From the IMG/VR virus record IMGVR_UViG_3300025131_000021, positions 1-64,000 of that record: a DNA stretch of 64,000 bases; one strand, given 5' to 3'. A program made the position numbers and the translations under genes. Below the pieces are notes generated by a model that saw only the letters and a list, made by a program, of their open reading frames with translations, ran no database searches and was not told the origin of the DNA. This document shows, piece after piece, positions 48,773 to 60,206 of the stretch. This stretch comes from an uncultured virus (IMG/VR IMGVR_UViG_3300025131_000021). Its lineage: Duplodnaviria > Heunggongvirae > Uroviricota > Caudoviricetes. How positions within the stretch are numbered: position 1 is the first letter of the stretch; each line of letters opens with the position of its first letter.

Positions 48773-51700
48773 TGGCAGATATACCTCATGTTCCTAAGGT
48801 AATAAAAGACACTACTAAACCAGGAACTAATAAAGCAGTCGAACGTAAAGAGTTTTCTAACCTATTACCTTCCTATCTTCGAACAGATACTAATAAAAAA
48901 GTTTTATCAACTATACTAGACTTTTTAATGAGTAATGGTAATACAAGACAATATAGCCAATATTACGGAAGAGCAAAAGGTGGATATCATACAGCCACAC
49001 AAGACGAAATAGCAAATCTACTTAACGAGTGGCAAAAGAATTATAGTTTTAGTCCCGGTTGGTTTAGTCAAGATCCGGGAACAAAAGAAATACAGTTAAG
49101 TCTAACACAAGATGATGCATATACAGAACTTAAACGACACGGAGTAAATGATAAAGATTGGAATGATGTTTTTGAGCATTCGGCATATTCATGGAGTCCT
49201 CCTATTGACCATGATAAGTTTATTAACTATGAACAATATTATTGGATTAATTGGGCGTTAGTTCTTGATGTACCAACACTTGGTAGTGGAGGTTCTGTTA
49301 TTAACGAAATAACTGCAAATGTTACAACCCGAGAGGGCGTGTCTGTTGCATTAGAAACTGGAATGGGACTTAAAAATCTTGGTAACTTCCATTTTAAAGT
49401 ATCCGGTGTTGGCGATAGCATAAGACTTGACGAAAGACAAGCCGCAGATATAATAACACGAATAGGTACTACACGAGAACAACACGAAGCAGATTATATT
49501 ACTATTGGCCTTGGTGCAACTAACGGAAATCCTTGGAGTAGAAGTAATTATTGGATGCACGAAGATACTCTTAAAGCAATGGAAATAGGGTGTGCTTGGA
49601 GTGCTTCAGTAACATATGCCGCCGACGATATTGTTAGTCGCGATGGAGAATTTCGCATAGCAAAACAGATAGGAGGTAATATAAATCAAGATCCGTTATC
49701 TGATAATACATTAACATATTGGGGTCCTGGTATTAAAGTATTAGATCCGGGTGCTCGAGCTACACGACCTATTATAGAATTTAATAAAGACATAGAAATA
49801 TATAATCATGGTTTCGATCATGCGGCAGAAGTTGGCCACATTACATCTGCTAGTATCGCTGATATTGTAGGTAAATCAAGTTATTCATATAAATCTGGTG
49901 CAGACGATGTATCTTTTGGTAATGGACAATCAGTACTGTTTATAAATTCGACTACAGATATTAATAATAAAATGTATACAATTGGTGGAGTTGGTTCTGC
50001 AATTACATTAACAGGCGAAAAAACATTTACAACTGGACAATCAGTACTCACACACAAGCGGGACACTGGCACCTCGGCAACAAAAATCTATATGGGTTCT
50101 CGTTATCACTTTAATGGAACGACCTTTGTTACTTCCCAACAAAAGACTGCAAGAGGACAAGCACCTTTATTTAATTTGTATGATAAAGATAATGTATTGT
50201 TAGATAATACAACAAAATACCCAGATAGCAACTTTGCTGGTAGTAACGTTTTTACATATGCAACAGATACAACCGGTACTACTGATACAGAATTAAATTT
50301 TAATCCTGTTATTGAAACAATCGGATTACAGGTAGCAGATTTATACGCAAGTAATAATGATTATGTATTTGATTGGGATCAGTCTAAAAAAGAATATCAG
50401 TATAAATCAAATAATGTAGTAACTGAAATAGCAGGAATATATTATACTAAAATTGGTTCTCAATATCAAAGTGGCTGGCATGAAAGTAATTACGAAGCAT
50501 ACACTCCTGTCATACAAGACATTGAAGTAGGTTCGACAACAAGCGATACTCGATATTCTGGATGTGTAACAGGAACAGTAGGATTAAATGGAAAATATGA
50601 AATTGATACAGGAACTAATACTCCGTATTATTCACGAGAATTTTATGTACATTTTGAAGGGAATAAATTTTCATGGTTTGTTAAAAAAAATGGACGGTAT
50701 CATCAAATTCCAGCAGAGCCAAATGAAACTAATCCTAAATTATATTTTCCATCTGGTAAAGATATAACAATTAATTATTATAGTGAAATCGAAGGATTTA
50801 AAATTACTGATCCAACCGGTACCGTTCCCGCCTCTGGAATTACTAATAATAATGCAACATCAGGTACAATAACAATTAATATTGATAAAGCAACATACCC
50901 GGTATTACGTTATAACGCATATCCAACAAGTACTGTTTACGGAGAGATATACCTATTTGATGAAAAACAAGAACATGGAAGACCTTTAGTATATAGAAAC
51001 GGAATTATACAAAAAGAAGGAACACAGGTACAAGCAGAAGCTCAAACTGCTGATTGGTATTTAAGTGGATCAAAAATTACATTTCCATTTTTTACAACAG
51101 AAGGCAGCCAGGGTAGAACTGTAACATTTGATTCAGTAACAGGTGATTATATTATACCAAGTGAAACTAGTAATGAACTATTAGAAGTAACTACAATACA
51201 AGAAAAAGATGTTATTAATATTGAATATTATATTGATGAACCGCGAGCTACTGATGTATGGGATGATTGTGCACCATTAACTAAAAATCCTAATTGGGAA
51301 AATCCTGCCAGTTTAAGTTATGGTAAGTTATATAAACATTTTACTACATGCTTACGAAAGCAACCATTACTTGAAGGAGCATCTTCGGGTAAGAATAATT
51401 CTAGAAATATTAGATCATTTAACACAATACCGGGTACAATATTACAATATAAAAATCCGGCATTAATAAGTGGGTTGATTTTAGATAATCCTTTTGCACC
51501 AATTATGCAAAGTATTTTTTGGTATGCACAACAATATGAAGTGTTTAAATTTAAGTTACTTAATGCATTTGATAACGCAATGCTAGGTAAGGATTATACA
51601 TTATTATCTCATAGAGAATTACTTGATGATGCACTAATTGCATTAACTAAAGGAAAGACTAAAGGATTCTCCTTTAGTTTAACAAATCATGTTGCATATA

Positions 51701-54700
51701 AAGGGTATACTGAAAAATCATACGTAGGGGATGGCACTACAACGGCTTTTGCGTTACCAACCGGATGCACATATGGCACAACGCCAACAAGTCAAAATAT
51801 TGAAATATATGTTAACGACACAATACAATTACTTGGTACTCAAGCAGGTTACAACTATACTATTAGTTCTAACACAATTAACTTTAGACCCGATTCAATA
51901 CCAGCAAATGAAAAAATAATTTTAATTAGATATGCTGATGCAATTGAAGATAATTTTATACCACATACACCAGCAAGTTTAGGTATTAATAGATTATTTA
52001 AACCTTGTGTACGTAATTTTACAAGTACAAATAAATCTGTTGTTACTCATGCACTTAAAATGCAAGCACTTAATAATGGGCCTCGTACAATTAAAATTCA
52101 TGATGGATTTAATTATTTTATACAAGGACATGATGGTAGTATGTATCCTGTAAGTGATCAAAATAATTTAACAAAATCGGAAAATGCACTATTAGAATTT
52201 GAACGAAGAATTTATAATCAAGTACAAAAATATAATACATTTGATACAAACGGAATATATCATCTTTCTATTACTAAAGACTTACGACAAACTGCTCCTA
52301 AGTTAATTAGAAAAGAATCAGGTGCTATTTGGCAAAAATTATTTAATATAGATCCATTTGAATTTACGTTTGATGTAACTGATAAATTTAGAGTAAATTA
52401 TAATGATCTCAATAATTCCGGTCATGCATTAGGACTTATTAAAGAAAAATTTGGAACTTCTCGACCAGACATTGAACCATGGAGAATACTTGGATATCAA
52501 AAATATCCTGAATGGTGGGAAACTTATTATACGTGGAAAGATACTGCTAATGGTGGTGACGATACAAAACGTGCAAATCTTATAACGGCTATTCAAGCAG
52601 GACATTATAATAGTCCGGGCGATTCAACTAAAAACTTTGATTCACGTTATGCAATTGATTCCACAATAGTAGGTAATATTGTTTCTGTTACAGGTGAATT
52701 ACAAGATCCTGTTACTGCAGGTATTATTTCCCCAGCAAGTTTTAATACATTATCAAAAGGACAATTAGTAAAAAATTATGTATGGAATGATTACGGTCCA
52801 GTACAAAATGCATATGATCATAGTAGTTTTGCTCGCTTTGTAGAAGTATTAGAGTTTTATGTTGGGTTTGCTAATGAATATGCATTTAGATATTTTGATT
52901 CACAGAAATTTAATACGTCTGGTACTAATATAACAGACATAGATGGCGGAAGAACTACGTTTACAAATTATATAACAAATGGCGAGGTAACGTCAACCGG
53001 AACAGTAACGAAACAAATTGGAATACAAAATTTATTGTTTGAGTTTATGTTATCACAAGGCAAAGATAATACATTATTTGGAAAAACACTACGGAACTTA
53101 CAACCACATATCTTATGTAAAACAAATAACTTTATTATTGATAATAGAACTGCTATAAAATTACCTATAAGTTTTAATTTACAATCAGGTAATACATTAC
53201 CAGAAGAAAACCAGCACATATTTTTATATGAAAGTCCGGCAACTGAAAGGTTTGTATACAGTCAAATAAAAGTAACAAAAGTTGCAACAGGCTTTAAATT
53301 AAGCACATATGATACTATTGGTAGAGAAATAAAGTATTATGCTCCAAAGCCAGCAGTAATATCAACAGATGTTGTTAGTGCTAGTAAAATTCAAAAGAAA
53401 CGATATACTACAACTGAAACTATATTAGATACACAAGTAGTTTTAAAAAATAATCAAGAAGTAGTCGATGTGCTAAGAGGAATATACAATTGGTATGAAG
53501 CCAGCGGCATAGCGATGGACAAGTCATCAGATGCGGTTGTAAAACAATATATTGTTTGGGGCGAAGTAACACAAGCAATAGATAATAATGTTACAGTAAG
53601 TTTTTCGACAAGTAAAATAACAGTTACTAAAACATCAGGTACAGTATTGTTAGATAGAGAGTTAGGTTATCAACATATTAATGGTTTTAAAACCACAGGT
53701 GGTATTATAAAAGATAATGATGTAGAAGTATTTCGTACAGGACATGATTTTGAAATAACACATACAGCAGATGTTGGTTGTTTATATTTTAAAATATGTA
53801 CATATGAACACGTAATAGCAGTTGATAATACTACCCAATTTAATGATATTGTGTACAGTCCGTTATTAGGTATTAAACAGCCACGAGTTAGAATATCAAC
53901 AATAGGTTTATTAGACTGGACAGGACGACTTACCGAGCCAGGATACATGATTAAAAGTAATACTATTGAGCCTAATATTGAAACAAGTGTTAAGCAAATT
54001 AGTACTGATTACTTTGCAGTTGAACAAGGCATTGCTAATGAAGAATTATCTAAAGCATTGCGTTACAACATTGGTTATTCAGAAAAAGAATTTTTACGTA
54101 ATATAAACACAGATAATGATGTAAGTTTTGAATTTTATAGAGGGTATATCCAAAATAAAGGTACTAACGAAAACTTTAATCGTTTACAAAGAAACAAAAA
54201 TACACTATACAATGATAGCAATAGTGTAACATCTATTAACGAAGAATGGATGATTAAAGAAGATGATTTTGGTTCTACACGTGAAAATGAAACATTAGAA
54301 TTTGTTGTTCAACCTAGAGATTTTAATCAAGAACGACAATTAATAGAATTTTCTAAGTATCGAGATCCTTCAAACAAAGATCTTAAAGCAGATACTAAAA
54401 TTGAAATACTTGCTAATGATGCAAGATGGGTATGGAAACCAACTGATTTAAGTACGGGTGCTGAAAATTGGTGGGATGATTATACATCTGAAATTTTTAG
54501 AGTTACAGTTTCAAAAATTGGACTTAAAAATGTATTTCAACTTGATGGAGTAGTTCGTCCAATACTTGTTTTAAATAAAGGCAAAAAATATAGATTTGAT
54601 AGTACCGATTCTTCTGTTGACAACGATGCATTGCTATTTTCAACTACACCAAATGGTACACATAATAGCGGAACCACTTATAGTACAACAGTAAAATACT

Positions 54701-57700
54701 TTTTAGAAGGCGTTGAAAAAAATAAAGCAGATTATCTTGCAGGACATTCAACTGCTACTTCACGATACATAGAAGTAGTGCCTACATCAGATACTGGTGA
54801 TAGATTATATTATTATAGTAATAGTAATTCTGATATGGGTATGACACTAATCATAACGAATAATGAATATGGTTTTAATACAGATATATTTTATGATCGG
54901 GCCATGTATACGTGGAATATGGCTGAAGCAGAAAGACGACAATATACCCGATGGCAAAAAACAGAAGATCCAGAGGGTGATCTTCCGTATTCAGGCTATG
55001 CATTATTAAGTGAAGCAGATCATTATGTACAAAAATTAACTGATATACCAGATTTATATAGTAAGTTAAGTCTTACATCATATACAGAATGGTCGGCGGC
55101 AAGTAATTATAATAAAGGCGACAAAGTACGTTATAAAGGTAAACTGTGGGAAGCACAACTCGGAATGACAAGTTATGATGGTAAAAGTTGTGCAGTAAAA
55201 GGAGCAGATCAAAGCGGTGATACAATTACTGTTGATGGATTAACACAAAAGCCATTAATAGGTACGTTATTAACATGGGTAGGTGCTGATGTTGATGAAA
55301 CTGTTCCAACGCAAACACATCATGTAGAAGAAGTAGAAAACTGGGATGCAACTGCTGGATCAGCAGACTTAGTTATATACCCACAGAAAGTAACAAAATC
55401 ATCAGATAATGCTTCAATTACATTAAATGTACCAACACCAGCATTATGGATAATAGACGGAACAGGATACGAAGGATTTTATTTAGATGAACCTAACTGG
55501 TTAGCAGTCGAAGATACACTTGGTAATTCAAGAATTTGGGTTAATCAATATGATGATAAGGGCTGGAATATTTTACAGTTAATGGATTATGATAATACTA
55601 CATTTACAAGCCAAACAACAACAGCAACATTAGAACCTACAAATGCTATTATAGAAATTTGTAAAGGAGTTGTTACTGGAGATGAAGCACAAATACAAAC
55701 TAAAGGCAATCATAATCTTAAAAAAGGTGATTATGTAGTAATTACCGGAGTTGCAACTGCTAATACAAATGTAAACGGCATACACAAAGTTATTGGATTT
55801 CCAACTGGAAGTAACAACGATGGCTCGTTAAGAGCAACAGACCACTTTTTAATTGACGAATATGCTTCGGAAACATCAACAATAACAGAAGGTAAGATGT
55901 TTGCATTTAAACCAACACGTTTTCAAACAACTGCACAATTAACAGCCACCACATCAAATGCAGAATACTTTTGGAGAGATGGTGCTATTGCATATGTTGA
56001 TTATGATGCTACGTATAGAGGATGGGCAGTATATCAACATAATAGGCTACATGCATTAACTGTATTCTTAAAATATAATGCAGATAATTATCAAGAGGCA
56101 GTTAATAAATGTTACGGGTGGGGACCATTATCTGATTCCACACTAGGACAACCTGTTATTAGATATCAACAGTCAAAAATTGATGAAAGAAATATTGATA
56201 GAGTTATTTTATATAATGGTGACACAAATAAAAAACTTGCTGAATGCGAATTGTATGACCCATTTAAAGGTATTATACCAGGCGAAGCAGATAAAAATAT
56301 AGATTATAAGAGCCTATGGGATCCTGCAAATTATAGTAATTCAACAGATACAACGTATACAGGTGATGATACAACTCACTGGGCAACTGAAAAAGAAGGT
56401 TTAATTTGGTGGGACCTTAATAATGTAGGTTATATTGAATATGAACAATCTACTTTAACTTATAGAAATAATTATTGGGGCAAAGAATTTCCGGCTTCAA
56501 GCATTGATGTGTACGAATGGACAAAAAGTTCTATAGATCCAGAAGCATGGTCGACTACCGCCGAAGGTACAGTTAAAGATGATATAGAAGTAAGCGGAAC
56601 ACCATATTCTATAACAGTTGAAAATAACACACATTATTATTATACAGTAGAAGACGAAATAGATGCAAATGGTGATTTAAAAACTTATTATTACTTCTGG
56701 GTAAAAAATAAAACATATGCAATAAATGCTAATAAATCATTAAGCACATTTGATATTGCTCGATACATAAAAGATCCAACTAATATGGGAGTTAAGTGGT
56801 GTGCCCCTATTGCTCCTAATGCATTAACAATAGCAAACGTTGAAGATTTAATTGAGACTAATACAGTCGTACAAGTTAGATTTAATATTAGTGAAAAATC
56901 TACACATGATGAATGGCAGACTATATACGAAAATGATAGCAGTGAAAAATTACCAGAAAAATATAAAGCAAGATTACTAGATAACTTAATAGGATTTTCT
57001 TCAGATTATTCAACACATTTAATTTGGACTTTACGAACAGATTATAGTGCATTATACAAGTATAATAGTGGTGATGTTGTAATGGCTAATAATCAATACT
57101 GGGAAGTATTGATTGATCATATGGGCGGTAACATTAGTACTGCATTATCTGCAAATAAAGTAAAATTATTACAAGAAGCAGATTCTAACGGCACATTCAA
57201 TAAAGGTGATACAGTTTTATATAGTGCTAATTATTATGAGTGTTTTAAAACTCATAATTTAGGTGAAGATCCGGGCTTACCAGGATCAGGAATAACAGGA
57301 TCAGAACTACCGGAAGGTGTTTGGTATCCATGGACAACCATAAATGCTAGTACAAATTTTGCAAGTTATGTTGCTCCGGCAACTACTTCGTTTGCGTTTC
57401 AACCTTGGAAAATTGTATATGATTTAGAAGATACCGACGTTGAAGTAATTACTGCATCCGCTAATACAAATTACAAAAAACGTAATAAACGATTAGAATT
57501 ACCTGACACCGCTTTACATCCGTATGCTAGATATGGAAATGAAATACGGCCTAGACAAAGTTGGTTTAAAAATAGAGCCGCCGCTAAAAGAGAATTTATT
57601 GACGGTGCTAATGTAATATTAAAAGAAATTAACATAGTTGATAATGTTGGTTATTGGAGAACAACTGGTACTATTGTTTTGGATATGCAAAAGACAACAT

Positions 57701-59550
57701 ATACAAAAGGACTACATACATATAACCCAACAACATATTGGCAGTATATTGATTGGCAGGATTCTTCTGTAACAGTCGAATCAAGCTCGGAAATTGTTGC
57801 TGACGAAGCAACATTTGCAGAATTAGATGCTACAACATATACAATAAACAGTATAATTGAAATTAGTGATGACGGGTCCGGCAGGAGAGAATGGTTCCAG
57901 GTACAAAAAATTGGTGATACACAGAAGTTTGTATTAGTTAAAAAAGAAAATGCAACAATAGAAATATTAGATACATTATGGCAAACATCTAGTACAGGAT
58001 ACGACAGCGATATATTTGATTTTTATGGATTTGATAATGATGCTGAAGTAGAATTTGAAATTATTGCAAATGACTTATTACTAAAAATATTTTCAAAGGC
58101 ATACGAATCTCGATTCAATACTATGTTTTTTAATATGTTGCGTTATGTATTACAAGAACAAAATTTTGTTCCTTGGATGCAAAAAACTAGTGAAAATAAA
58201 TTTAGGCTTGTAAGTAAAGGCGACATACAACCTGGTAGTTATAATGTTGAAAATACACAAAATACAATAGATTATTATAATGAAACAAAGCCTTATCACT
58301 CTAAGTTAGATAAAGAGTTATTTTCTAAACATATGTTTGATATGCAAAATATAACACTATCTGAGATAGATGGTAGAGCTGGAACATATGGAAATGCATT
58401 AACACATGTTGCAAATATACAAATTATGCATGGTGAAGTTGATTCATACGTATATGAATATACTATGGTAGAAGATTTACATCCAAGTCGTCCGGGTAGA
58501 GATTTAGATTATGTTAAAATTCCTTGGAATGATTTTACATCAACTATGGGCGGTACAACAATATCGTGGAATCCAGGAAGTGCAATTATTGCAGTATATG
58601 TAAATGGCACACTACGTGATGCATCAACATACGAAGATATGTATATGGTTGATGGTCGTGTTGTAAACTTTAATTCTAAATTAACTGCTGGTGATAAAGT
58701 TAATATTTTATTTAATATAACCAAAAAATATTCAGAAGGTAATTTACACCCCGAAGGTGTAGATATATCTACTAATAGTATTGGCGGTGATTACATAGGA
58801 TATGCAAATGCCTCATTTACAGAAGCAGAACCAGCCACAATATTCGATGGAGATGCATTTACTACACTAACCGATCCTACTGATATTATAGATGCTAGTG
58901 GATTTTATACTGCAACAGCATGGAATAATTGGAATAACGAAATGATACCAAGTTTCTTACGTGAAACAGTAGAAATAAGAGTACAAAGTAATCATTCAGG
59001 TAGTACTGTTATAACAGGATCAACATGGAGTGCTACACGATCTTGGAAAAATATAATACAGGATAGAGAAAATCATCAAAGATTTATGATTATAGAAGAT
59101 AAAGGTATTACATTAAGTGGTAATATAACTGCTGATGCAACAGAATTAATAGTAAGTTCGACAACAGGCATTGTAGGCCCAACAATTGACGAGCAGGGTG
59201 GTGTTGATAATGTATTTTATTTAGATTACTTTCCTGGAAGAATATGGATTGACAATGAATGTATAGAATTTGATAAAATGATTGGATCAACGTTTTATAA
59301 TTTAAGGCGCGGAATGCTAGGCACAAGTGCAGTAGCTCATACATCCGGTGCCAAAGTAAAAGATGCAAATAAATTAAAAGAAATAAATGTAAATAGATGG
59401 GAAAGTACAAATCCATTAATATCTGCTCCTAACCAACGTAACTTAGGATTTCCACGTATACCACAATGGAATGATTTAGGAGCAAGAATAAACAATAGTA
59501 CGAATGATTTAGCAATAAAGCTCAAGGGCTATCATGGTACGATAACTTGA
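48772..59550 (+). CDS. Giant baseplate wedge protein (gp7-like position), 3592 aa
   Basis: Follows gp6; LLPSYL N-terminus, PIDHDKFINY..YYW, YYNETKPYHSK; embedded CBM-like modules. Confidence 0.8.
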   Translation: MADIPHVPKVIKDTTKPGTNKAVERKEFSNLLPSYLRTDTNKKVLSTILDFLMSNGNTRQYSQYYGRAKGGYHTATQDEIANLLNEWQKNYSFSPGWFSQDPGTKEIQLSLTQDDAYTELKRHGVNDKDWNDVFEHSAYSWSPPIDHDKFINYEQYYWINWALVLDVPTLGSGGSVINEITANVTTREGVSVALETGMGLKNLGNFHFKVSGVGDSIRLDERQAADIITRIGTTREQHEADYITIGLGATNGNPWSRSNYWMHEDTLKAMEIGCAWSASVTYAADDIVSRDGEFRIAKQIGGNINQDPLSDNTLTYWGPGIKVLDPGARATRPIIEFNKDIEIYNHGFDHAAEVGHITSASIADIVGKSSYSYKSGADDVSFGNGQSVLFINSTTDINNKMYTIGGVGSAITLTGEKTFTTGQSVLTHKRDTGTSATKIYMGSRYHFNGTTFVTSQQKTARGQAPLFNLYDKDNVLLDNTTKYPDSNFAGSNVFTYATDTTGTTDTELNFNPVIETIGLQVADLYASNNDYVFDWDQSKKEYQYKSNNVVTEIAGIYYTKIGSQYQSGWHESNYEAYTPVIQDIEVGSTTSDTRYSGCVTGTVGLNGKYEIDTGTNTPYYSREFYVHFEGNKFSWFVKKNGRYHQIPAEPNETNPKLYFPSGKDITINYYSEIEGFKITDPTGTVPASGITNNNATSGTITINIDKATYPVLRYNAYPTSTVYGEIYLFDEKQEHGRPLVYRNGIIQKEGTQVQAEAQTADWYLSGSKITFPFFTTEGSQGRTVTFDSVTGDYIIPSETSNELLEVTTIQEKDVINIEYYIDEPRATDVWDDCAPLTKNPNWENPASLSYGKLYKHFTTCLRKQPLLEGASSGKNNSRNIRSFNTIPGTILQYKNPALISGLILDNPFAPIMQSIFWYAQQYEVFKFKLLNAFDNAMLGKDYTLLSHRELLDDALIALTKGKTKGFSFSLTNHVAYKGYTEKSYVGDGTTTAFALPTGCTYGTTPTSQNIEIYVNDTIQLLGTQAGYNYTISSNTINFRPDSIPANEKIILIRYADAIEDNFIPHTPASLGINRLFKPCVRNFTSTNKSVVTHALKMQALNNGPRTIKIHDGFNYFIQGHDGSMYPVSDQNNLTKSENALLEFERRIYNQVQKYNTFDTNGIYHLSITKDLRQTAPKLIRKESGAIWQKLFNIDPFEFTFDVTDKFRVNYNDLNNSGHALGLIKEKFGTSRPDIEPWRILGYQKYPEWWETYYTWKDTANGGDDTKRANLITAIQAGHYNSPGDSTKNFDSRYAIDSTIVGNIVSVTGELQDPVTAGIISPASFNTLSKGQLVKNYVWNDYGPVQNAYDHSSFARFVEVLEFYVGFANEYAFRYFDSQKFNTSGTNITDIDGGRTTFTNYITNGEVTSTGTVTKQIGIQNLLFEFMLSQGKDNTLFGKTLRNLQPHILCKTNNFIIDNRTAIKLPISFNLQSGNTLPEENQHIFLYESPATERFVYSQIKVTKVATGFKLSTYDTIGREIKYYAPKPAVISTDVVSASKIQKKRYTTTETILDTQVVLKNNQEVVDVLRGIYNWYEASGIAMDKSSDAVVKQYIVWGEVTQAIDNNVTVSFSTSKITVTKTSGTVLLDRELGYQHINGFKTTGGIIKDNDVEVFRTGHDFEITHTADVGCLYFKICTYEHVIAVDNTTQFNDIVYSPLLGIKQPRVRISTIGLLDWTGRLTEPGYMIKSNTIEPNIETSVKQISTDYFAVEQGIANEELSKALRYNIGYSEKEFLRNINTDNDVSFEFYRGYIQNKGTNENFNRLQRNKNTLYNDSNSVTSINEEWMIKEDDFGSTRENETLEFVVQPRDFNQERQLIEFSKYRDPSNKDLKADTKIEILANDARWVWKPTDLSTGAENWWDDYTSEIFRVTVSKIGLKNVFQLDGVVRPILVLNKGKKYRFDSTDSSVDNDALLFSTTPNGTHNSGTTYSTTVKYFLEGVEKNKADYLAGHSTATSRYIEVVPTSDTGDRLYYYSNSNSDMGMTLIITNNEYGFNTDIFYDRAMYTWNMAEAERRQYTRWQKTEDPEGDLPYSGYALLSEADHYVQKLTDIPDLYSKLSLTSYTEWSAASNYNKGDKVRYKGKLWEAQLGMTSYDGKSCAVKGADQSGDTITVDGLTQKPLIGTLLTWVGADVDETVPTQTHHVEEVENWDATAGSADLVIYPQKVTKSSDNASITLNVPTPALWIIDGTGYEGFYLDEPNWLAVEDTLGNSRIWVNQYDDKGWNILQLMDYDNTTFTSQTTTATLEPTNAIIEICKGVVTGDEAQIQTKGNHNLKKGDYVVITGVATANTNVNGIHKVIGFPTGSNNDGSLRATDHFLIDEYASETSTITEGKMFAFKPTRFQTTAQLTATTSNAEYFWRDGAIAYVDYDATYRGWAVYQHNRLHALTVFLKYNADNYQEAVNKCYGWGPLSDSTLGQPVIRYQQSKIDERNIDRVILYNGDTNKKLAECELYDPFKGIIPGEADKNIDYKSLWDPANYSNSTDTTYTGDDTTHWATEKEGLIWWDLNNVGYIEYEQSTLTYRNNYWGKEFPASSIDVYEWTKSSIDPEAWSTTAEGTVKDDIEVSGTPYSITVENNTHYYYTVEDEIDANGDLKTYYYFWVKNKTYAINANKSLSTFDIARYIKDPTNMGVKWCAPIAPNALTIANVEDLIETNTVVQVRFNISEKSTHDEWQTIYENDSSEKLPEKYKARLLDNLIGFSSDYSTHLIWTLRTDYSALYKYNSGDVVMANNQYWEVLIDHMGGNISTALSANKVKLLQEADSNGTFNKGDTVLYSANYYECFKTHNLGEDPGLPGSGITGSELPEGVWYPWTTINASTNFASYVAPATTSFAFQPWKIVYDLEDTDVEVITASANTNYKKRNKRLELPDTALHPYARYGNEIRPRQSWFKNRAAAKREFIDGANVILKEINIVDNVGYWRTTGTIVLDMQKTTYTKGLHTYNPTTYWQYIDWQDSSVTVESSSEIVADEATFAELDATTYTINSIIEISDDGSGRREWFQVQKIGDTQKFVLVKKENATIEILDTLWQTSSTGYDSDIFDFYGFDNDAEVEFEIIANDLLLKIFSKAYESRFNTMFFNMLRYVLQEQNFVPWMQKTSENKFRLVSKGDIQPGSYNVENTQNTIDYYNETKPYHSKLDKELFSKHMFDMQNITLSEIDGRAGTYGNALTHVANIQIMHGEVDSYVYEYTMVEDLHPSRPGRDLDYVKIPWNDFTSTMGGTTISWNPGSAIIAVYVNGTLRDASTYEDMYMVDGRVVNFNSKLTAGDKVNILFNITKKYSEGNLHPEGVDISTNSIGGDYIGYANASFTEAEPATIFDGDAFTTLTDPTDIIDASGFYTATAWNNWNNEMIPSFLRETVEIRVQSNHSGSTVITGSTWSATRSWKNIIQDRENHQRFMIIEDKGITLSGNITADATELIVSSTTGIVGPTIDEQGGVDNVFYLDYFPGRIWIDNECIEFDKMIGSTFYNLRRGMLGTSAVAHTSGAKVKDANKLKEINVNRWESTNPLISAPNQRNLGFPRIPQWNDLGARINNSTNDLAIKLKGYHGTIT

Positions 59551-59578
59551 TGCTAAATATTAATAACAAGGACGAATA

Positions 59579-60205
59579 ATGTTTTTAGATACAGTAACTC
59601 CGCTAGTAGAAGGACACATACTCATAAAGGATCTCGACTCTGGTCGTGTTCTCGTTAATAAACGAAATAAAATTAATTTCGAGAATATGAGTATTACCTT
59701 AGCAAATGCGGCCGCAAATAAAGGGCAATCTATTTGGGAAATGCACTTTGGAAATGGTGGAACCAACGTTGATTCTGCAGGAGCAATAACATATAAATCT
59801 ACAAATACTGATACTGCATCGGGTAGTTTGTATAATGGAAAGTTTTATAAAGTTATAGATGCAACAGACAGTAATAACACTGATTCAAGTGCGAATTATT
59901 TAACAGTAAATCACACTAACGGCCAAAATTATACAGATATTGTTGCTACATGCACAATGGCTTATGGAGAACCGGTAGCATCCGATACAACATTTAATTT
60001 AGCAGGAGTTGATCAAGGAACATTAGATAATAATGCAAGTGTTAGTGGTACATTTGTATTTGATGAACTGGGTTTAAGGGCAAGACATACAGGCGGTACA
60101 TTAGGTGCAGGAAATTTACTTAGTCATGTTGTGTTTCATCCAGTTGAAAAGTCATCAAATAGAATTATACAAACAATTTATACAATAAGAATAAGGTGCG
60201 GTTGA
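59579..60205 (+). CDS. Baseplate/tail structural protein
   Basis: GHILIKD, FGNGG, FDELGL, HVVFHPVEKSSNRIIQTIYTIRI; CTAAATA at 59553. Confidence 0.75.
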   Translation: MFLDTVTPLVEGHILIKDLDSGRVLVNKRNKINFENMSITLANAAANKGQSIWEMHFGNGGTNVDSAGAITYKSTNTDTASGSLYNGKFYKVIDATDSNNTDSSANYLTVNHTNGQNYTDIVATCTMAYGEPVASDTTFNLAGVDQGTLDNNASVSGTFVFDELGLRARHTGGTLGAGNLLSHVVFHPVEKSSNRIIQTIYTIRIRCG

Positions 60206-60206
60206 T

